This document shows positions 58,347 to 64,000 of a DNA stretch of 64,000 nucleotides, in pieces. Within the stretch, counting starts at the first letter, position 1. The number at the start of each line of letters is the position of its first letter. The stretch is from positions 448,001-512,000 of the forward strand of contig JAHQWK010000001.1 of NCBI GenBank assembly GCA_029856145.1, in the 5' to 3' direction. This DNA is from Promethearchaeia archaeon. GTDB lineage: Archaea > Asgardarchaeota > Lokiarchaeia > Sigyniarchaeales > SOKP01. Below the pieces are notes generated by a model that searched no databases, was not told the origin of the DNA, and was given only the letters and a program-made list of their open reading frames with translations. The position numbers were made by a program, and so were the translations under genes.

Positions 58347-60236
58347 TCAACTAATTGAATCTTCTTTATCAAAAAAAACTCTGTAAAACAGTTCTTTTTC
58401 ACCTATATCTGGCGGAGTTATCTTAGTATAGCCTCCCTTATGAATAACACGAATTGTTTCTTTATTTTGAATGTGTATATTTCCATAGAATCCCTTTATA
58501 CCTTTTTCCTTAGCAACAATAATTATATGTTGATATAGAAATGTACCAATACCCTTTCCTCGATAATCTTCCCTAACTAAAAAGCTATATTCCGCCATAT
58601 TCATTTGAGGGTTTAAATAATATGTAGCACTTCCTATCATTTCTTCTTTTCCAATTTCCCCAATAAATGCTCCTAGTGAAAAAACATTATGATAATCAAT
58701 ATTAACTTCACTCTGAGTTTTTGAATGTGTGAATTCTTTTCTAAGCTCAAAAAATCGTAAATATCTATCTCTTTCATTTAATGAATAATACAATTCTTTA
58801 AGGACTTGTTCATCTGTAGTTTTAACAGGTCGAATATTAATTTTTTCTCTATCTCTTGTTGTATAAATGGTTTCGTATTCTGAAGGATATAAACAAATTC
58901 GACCATCATCATCACAAGGAAGCATCTGATCAGAAAATATATAATTCAATTTTTTAGCTTCGTCTAATAATGATTGTCGGAATTTTGGGTGAGCTATACA
59001 AATCAACTCAAGCACTCTTTCACGAATAGTTTTACCATGAAGGTATGCCACACCCCATTCAGTCACAATATAATGAACATCACCACGAGATAACAATATT
59101 CCTGCTCCTTCATCTAGATGAGGCACAATTCGTGATTTTTCACCATCTCTAGATGTTGAAGGTATTATTATAATGGGTTTTCCTCCTTTAGAAAATGCTG
59201 CACCCCTCATAAAATCAATAGTTTCACCTAATCCCGAATAAAAACTGTAACCCTCAGTAGCAGCATTTACTTGTCCAGTCAAATCAATTTGTCTAGCAGA
59301 ATTGACAGAGACCATTTTTTTATTCATTCCAATGTATCTAGGATTACATACATAATCAGATGGAAAAAATTCTATATAGGGATTATTGTCTACAAAATCA
59401 TATAATTTTTTTGTTCCTAAAGCAAAACTAGTAAGAATTTTTTCAGGATGGAAATTCTTTTTTCTACAAGTCAATACTCCGTTTTCAATGAGTGGTATTA
59501 CATTGTCTGTAATATAATGAGAATGCATTCCAAGATCTCTTTTATCCTTTAGAAATTTTAAGCTTGCATTTGGTAAGTCACCAAAACCTATATGAATCGT
59601 AGATTTATTTTCTATTATGTTTGCAAGATTTTTTCCGATTCTTTCAGCTATTTCATCAGGCTCATCAAAAATAAATTCTAATAACGGTGTGTCATTAAAG
59701 ACAAAAAAATCAATTTCTTTCATATGTATGAAACTATTTCCTAAAGTTCGCGGCATTTGTGGGTTAATTTCAACAATAGTGATATAGGATGATTGAGCTA
59801 TTGGCTTCGCAATATCTACATTAATCCCTAAAGAGCAAAAACCATAGGGATCTGGGGGAGAAACTTGTATAAGGGCAACATCGATATGTTTCTTACCAGT
59901 TAGAAATAAAGATGGAATTTCACTAGTAAAAATAGGTGTATAGTCTGCTTGACCTTTGTTAATTTCCTCTCTAAGAGTTTTTCCAATAAAAAATGCATTA
60001 TGTCTAAAGAGATCCTCTGCCTTATCCTTAAAATATTTTTCTGGACCTATAGTTAAGAAGTGAAGTATTTCAGTATCAATTAATTTCTCTGAGTGTTTAA
60101 TCAATTCTGATGTTAGTAACTGTGGCTCTGAACATCCAGAATCAATAAAAACTCTATTTCCAGGAATTATTTTTTTAATTGCTTCCTCTGCTGTTATTTC
60201 CTTATCTTTCCATTTTTCTCTCCAGTCTTCTTTCAT
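58347..60236 (-). CDS. Acetyl-CoA hydrolase/CoA-transferase-like domain fused to Pat-type GNAT acetyltransferase
   Basis: DVALIQVSPPD.YG..SLG, N..MPRT, DLTGQ, DF.RGA..SKGG, VTEWG.A.L.GK...ER; C-terminal IRP...S....YLRFF, AEYS, RGKGIG; GGTGA upstream of ATG 60236. Confidence 0.9.
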   Translation of the reverse strand: MKEDWREKWKDKEITAEEAIKKIIPGNRVFIDSGCSEPQLLTSELIKHSEKLIDTEILHFLTIGPEKYFKDKAEDLFRHNAFFIGKTLREEINKGQADYTPIFTSEIPSLFLTGKKHIDVALIQVSPPDPYGFCSLGINVDIAKPIAQSSYITIVEINPQMPRTLGNSFIHMKEIDFFVFNDTPLLEFIFDEPDEIAERIGKNLANIIENKSTIHIGFGDLPNASLKFLKDKRDLGMHSHYITDNVIPLIENGVLTCRKKNFHPEKILTSFALGTKKLYDFVDNNPYIEFFPSDYVCNPRYIGMNKKMVSVNSARQIDLTGQVNAATEGYSFYSGLGETIDFMRGAAFSKGGKPIIIIPSTSRDGEKSRIVPHLDEGAGILLSRGDVHYIVTEWGVAYLHGKTIRERVLELICIAHPKFRQSLLDEAKKLNYIFSDQMLPCDDDGRICLYPSEYETIYTTRDREKINIRPVKTTDEQVLKELYYSLNERDRYLRFFELRKEFTHSKTQSEVNIDYHNVFSLGAFIGEIGKEEMIGSATYYLNPQMNMAEYSFLVREDYRGKGIGTFLYQHIIIVAKEKGIKGFYGNIHIQNKETIRVIHKGGYTKITPPDIGEKELFYRVFFDKEDSIS

Positions 60237-60528
60237 AATATTAGATTTCACCTTTTATTCTAGTTTAATTTAATTCTTTAAAATATAAATATAATCTCCA
60301 GTCTCTTTATTAATTGTATTATCATCAATATAATGTTTTTGAAATTATAAATAAAATGTTTAAATTCAATTCTATATATCTCTCAATTGATTCAAATCTG
60401 TCCATTTAAATCTAAAAGGTTTAAATGTGATGTGTATAAAAAAAAATCTTTAAAATGGTTAAAGAATTTATTAAAATTAGAATTCTAAATAATATAAATT
60501 GACTGAAAATTTGTTTAAGTGAAGAATT

Positions 60529-62511
60529 ATGTCAGAAGAAGATAAGAAAATGGAAAGTATTCTAACAGAGACTCGTAAATTCGACCCAGTTAAACTAAAC
60601 GAGAAGTTTGCGAAAACTGGCATGTCTTTTGAAGAATATAAGAATCTATATAAGCAATCAATAGAAGATATGGAAGGTTTCTGGGGAGAACAAGCTAAAT
60701 CTCTTGATTGGTTCAAACCCTATGAAAAAGTTTGGGAAAAAACCGATCTATTTCCTGGTAAGTGGTTTATTGGCGGTAAACTTAACGTTGCTTACAATTG
60801 CCTTGATAGGCATGTAAAAAATGGAAAAGGTGATCAAGCAGCTCTTATTTGGGAAGCTGATGAGCCCGGACAGATTAAATCTTATACTTATAAAGAATTA
60901 CTTGCTGAAGTAAGTAAAACTGCAAATGCTATGAAAAAAGTTGGATTAAAAAAAGGCGATAGAGTCACAATTTGGCTTCCTATGATTCCTGAATTGGCAA
61001 TTATTATGTTAGCATGCGCTCGAATTGGCGTTATTCATTCAATTGTTTTTGGTGGCTTTTCTAAAGAAGCAGTAAAAGATAGAATTGAGGATTCTGATTC
61101 TCGATTACTCTTCACAAGTGATGAAACAGCACGTGCGGGTAAATTTTACCCCAAAATAGCTGATGTAGTCCAGATCATTAATGATGTACCAACGATTGAG
61201 CATGTCATTGTTGTAAAGCGAACTGGAAGAGACGTACCTCATACTGAAAAAGATATCTGGTATCACGACTTCATTGAAGGAATGAGTGAGGAATGTGAGC
61301 CTGAAATGATGGACTCTGAAGATACACTATTCATTCTTTATACAAGTGGAACTACTGGAAAACCCAAGGGCGTTAATCATACTACAGCAGGCTATATATT
61401 ATTTACATCTATTACCCATAAAATCGTATTTAATTACCATGAAGGTGATATCTGGTATTGTACTGCAGATATTGGTTGGATTACAGGTCATTCTTATATT
61501 GTATATGGACCTTTAGCTAATGGTGCTACTTCATTAATGTTTGAGGGAGTTCCAACTTATCCTGATGTTGATCGTTTCTGGGATATTGTAGAACGTCATA
61601 AAGTGACTCATTTCTATACAGCTCCTACTGCAATTCGTGCTATAATGAGATATGGTGATGATCATGTTAACAAGCATGATCTTAGTTCATTAAAAGTCCT
61701 AGGTACTGTTGGAGAACCTATAAATCCCGAAGCATGGACATGGTATCATAGAGTTGTTGGAAAAGAGAAATGTCCTATAGTTGATACTTACTGGCAAACT
61801 GAAACCGGGGGGTTTATTATGACCCCAATCGCTACAGCAACACCCACAAAACCTGGGTCTTGTTGTCTACCATTTTTAGGTATTAAACCAATCATTTTCG
61901 ATTTAGAAGGGGATGAAATTACAGAACCAAACGAAGGTGGATACTTTGCAATTGCTCAAAGTTGGCCGGGTATGTTACGTGATGTTTGGGGTGATACTGA
62001 GAGATTTAAATCAACTTATCTCGAAAAATATCCAGGATATTATTATACTGGTGATGGAGCACGACGAGATGAAGATGGTTATTATTGGATTTTAGGTAGA
62101 CTTGATGATGTTATTAAAGTATCTGGACATAGAATAGGAACCATGGAAGTAGAATCTGCTCTTGTAAGTCATCCAAAAGTAGCTGAAGCAGCAATTGCCC
62201 CATTTCCCCATAAAATTAAAGGGCAGGCAATATGGGCGTATGTTACTTTAATGCAAGGAGTTGAAAAATCTGCTAAATTATCCAAAGAAATTAGAATGCA
62301 TGTTAGACAAGAAATTGGGCCTGTATTTCAACCAGACGTTATTCAATTTGCTGATGCCTTGCCTAAGACGAGAAGTGGTAAGATAATGAGAAGAATATTA
62401 AAAGCTATTGCCGCTGGCACGAATATTGGAAATGTTACAACATTAGCTGATCCCTCTGTAGTAGATGCTTTACTTGAAGAACGTAAAAAGATGGATGTTG
62501 AAATAGGTTAA
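60529..62511 (+). CDS. acs: AMP-forming acetyl-CoA synthetase
   Basis: YTSGTTGKPKG, ADIGWITGH, VGEPIN, DTYWQTETG, GRLDD, LPKTRSGKIMRR. Confidence 0.97.
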   Translation: MSEEDKKMESILTETRKFDPVKLNEKFAKTGMSFEEYKNLYKQSIEDMEGFWGEQAKSLDWFKPYEKVWEKTDLFPGKWFIGGKLNVAYNCLDRHVKNGKGDQAALIWEADEPGQIKSYTYKELLAEVSKTANAMKKVGLKKGDRVTIWLPMIPELAIIMLACARIGVIHSIVFGGFSKEAVKDRIEDSDSRLLFTSDETARAGKFYPKIADVVQIINDVPTIEHVIVVKRTGRDVPHTEKDIWYHDFIEGMSEECEPEMMDSEDTLFILYTSGTTGKPKGVNHTTAGYILFTSITHKIVFNYHEGDIWYCTADIGWITGHSYIVYGPLANGATSLMFEGVPTYPDVDRFWDIVERHKVTHFYTAPTAIRAIMRYGDDHVNKHDLSSLKVLGTVGEPINPEAWTWYHRVVGKEKCPIVDTYWQTETGGFIMTPIATATPTKPGSCCLPFLGIKPIIFDLEGDEITEPNEGGYFAIAQSWPGMLRDVWGDTERFKSTYLEKYPGYYYTGDGARRDEDGYYWILGRLDDVIKVSGHRIGTMEVESALVSHPKVAEAAIAPFPHKIKGQAIWAYVTLMQGVEKSAKLSKEIRMHVRQEIGPVFQPDVIQFADALPKTRSGKIMRRILKAIAAGTNIGNVTTLADPSVVDALLEERKKMDVEIG

Positions 62512-62515
62512 ATTA

Positions 62516-62546
62516 TATTTTTATTTTATATTTTTTTTTAATTTTT
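62516..62546 (+). terminator. Oligo-T terminator region after acs
   Basis: Several T runs immediately after the acs stop codon. Confidence 0.4.
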
Positions 62547-62564
62547 AAAAAATCCAATTTTTCC

Positions 62565-63407
62565 TCAACCTTTTGCAAAAGTACCTATTATGTATAGTAA
62601 ATCTAATTCCTTATTAATATCTTTTCCCAATATCATCTTTACACTGGCTCTATTTTCTAGTTCAGTTAAATTGAACAATTCAAAAATCCTTTTTGGGAAG
62701 TATTGATGTTTAGCAATAATCATATGATCAGCTTCTAATGCAATACTCTTATTAATTATCTGTGATGCTGCATCTAAATTCGTGGCAATTAATGGGCCTA
62801 ACCGCTTATTCGCCACTAATCCATATCCTTCATTTTCAATAATTAAAATCCTAGCACCCAATTTAATTCTCATGGTTAAATAATTAGTTCTATTAAATCC
62901 CATTGCTTTCTTATCTAGAGCTAACACCCAGTCCGGAACTGTATTTAAAACCTTTACCTCTTTATTTGCAATTCCTAATTTTGGAGGTTGTATTGGTAAA
63001 TGATACATCACCCCATAAAATCTTCTTTTAAAACCAAATTTTTTATAGATGGGTTCTCCTAATTTGGAAGCATAAAGTATCATTGTCTCGCAATTCATTT
63101 TATTTGCAATTCCTACTAAATTTCTAAAAATTTCTGTGCCTACTCCTCTTCCTCTGTATTCTTTCAACACAACCATATATCCAAAACTACTAACTTTTTC
63201 AAATATAAAAACCCCACCCACACCAATAATCTTTCCTTTCTCTTCAGAAATAAGGAATTTTCCAATTTTCCATTTTATTAAAGCCTTCCATATTTTTTCT
63301 TCTTCTTGAATACTCGCTGGAGGAGCTCTACCAAAAGCAGAATAGAGTACATTTATACATTTGGAAATTTCTTCGTCTGCTGGTTCTCTAATAGTATATT
63401 TAAACAT
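62565..63407 (-). CDS. GNAT-family acetyltransferase with YitH-like C-terminal domain
   Basis: V..EYRGRGVG, L.AS..G.PIYKKFGF; LD...GF.R...L, R.GPL.A. Confidence 0.85.
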   Translation of the reverse strand: MFKYTIREPADEEISKCINVLYSAFGRAPPASIQEEEKIWKALIKWKIGKFLISEEKGKIIGVGGVFIFEKVSSFGYMVVLKEYRGRGVGTEIFRNLVGIANKMNCETMILYASKLGEPIYKKFGFKRRFYGVMYHLPIQPPKLGIANKEVKVLNTVPDWVLALDKKAMGFNRTNYLTMRIKLGARILIIENEGYGLVANKRLGPLIATNLDAASQIINKSIALEADHMIIAKHQYFPKRIFELFNLTELENRASVKMILGKDINKELDLLYIIGTFAKG

Positions 63408-63533
63408 AAAATTTATTTTAAAGCGTTTTTCTTAAAAGAATAAAAATAAATAAATCAATTTATTTTTAATACTTCAAAGAATTATTTGTTTTCTGTACTT
63501 TATATTTATTTTAAGTATTTTGAGGTTTTACAA

Positions 63534-64000
63534 TTGAGTTTTGACAATGATCAGTTAGTTGAAAAGATAAAGTCGATGGATAAAGATGAAGCTGTTGAAA
63601 TTCTTCTTTCAATATTATCAACATCTAAAAATATGGAAAGTAAAATAAAAGCGGTTGAACTATTAATTCAATTCGACGATAGTAATAATACACACTTTCA
63701 AACTATAAAAGATACTTTTTTAAATGATCGGCATCCACAATTGAGACTTCAGTTAATAAAATTAATAGGGACATATTATAAAGAGAAGGGAATTGATTTC
63801 TTAAAAGAACAATATAAAAATTGTAGCGATGGAACGGTCAGGAAGAATCTTATTGATATAGTAGGAAAAGTGGATTTAAATGCCTCATTATCTTTTCTTG
63901 TTGAGGCTTTAAATGATGCTAATATGGAAGCAAAAAAAATCGCTATAACTAACTTAGGAAAAATTAGCGCTAGTGAAGCGTTAATCCCTCTAATCAACAT
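63534..64000 (+). CDS. HEAT-repeat (PBS-lyase-like) protein, truncated by window end; not in ORF track
   Basis: GAGGT SD then TTG at 63534; open to the end: ..ND.HPQLR.., ..SDGTVRKNLI.., FLVEALNDANMEAKKIAITNLGKISASEALIPLI. Confidence 0.85.
   Translation, partial: MSFDNDQLVEKIKSMDKDEAVEILLSILSTSKNMESKIKAVELLIQFDDSNNTHFQTIKDTFLNDRHPQLRLQLIKLIGTYYKEKGIDFLKEQYKNCSDGTVRKNLIDIVGKVDLNASLSFLVEALNDANMEAKKIAITNLGKISASEALIPLIN

Noticed and set aside
279-64000. Short antisense or nested ORFs in the track (e.g. 279-461, 2213-2416, 10800-11018, 11578-11949, 34240-34524, 52485-53768, 61913-62095, 63776-64000)
   Set aside because: They lie within or opposite well-supported genes and show no motifs; treated as shadow ORFs.
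1-64000. CRISPR arrays, IS elements, integrases, tRNA or rRNA genes
   Set aside because: No spaced repeats, transposase or recombinase motifs, or GC-rich structured segments seen by eye; a tRNAscan-SE/Infernal run would be needed to exclude small RNAs.

Overview
Very AT-rich, gene-dense core-chromosome segment of an Asgard archaeon, most likely Lokiarchaeia/Promethearchaeota. This assignment is inferred from archaeal information-processing genes together with several Ras-superfamily GTPases, a eukaryote-like STT3/AglB and an EF-2 paralog lacking the HRG motif. Contents: a shuffled replication-translation cluster (L44e, S27e, TFS, RPA3-like, PCNA, PriL, PriS, GINS, Nop10, aIF2alpha); AOR; EF-1A; a csl4-rpoL cluster; enolase; RFC-S; TruA; a very long AglB; bacterial-type uvrBA; aIF5B; CCA enzyme; aEF-2p; a block of uncharacterised membrane, Zn-ribbon and helical proteins; TFB; and an acetate-activation locus. 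I found no tRNA, rRNA, CRISPR array or mobile element. Two edge genes are missing from the ORF track (a pyrB-like N-terminus and a HEAT-repeat protein), and two genes appear to need non-canonical start codons. The best candidates for undescribed biology are: (i) a CoA-transferase domain lacking its catalytic Glu, fused to a Pat-type GNAT and divergent from acs (a putative acyl-CoA-sensing acetylation switch); (ii) a 1242-aa pseudo-GTPase/alpha-solenoid protein flanked by tandem helical paralogs and an HhH-Arf/Rag-like GTPase; (iii) tandem small GTPases mixing Rab and Rho features; (iv) an AglB with five Ig-like repeats. All family calls come from motif recognition by eye, without database searches.
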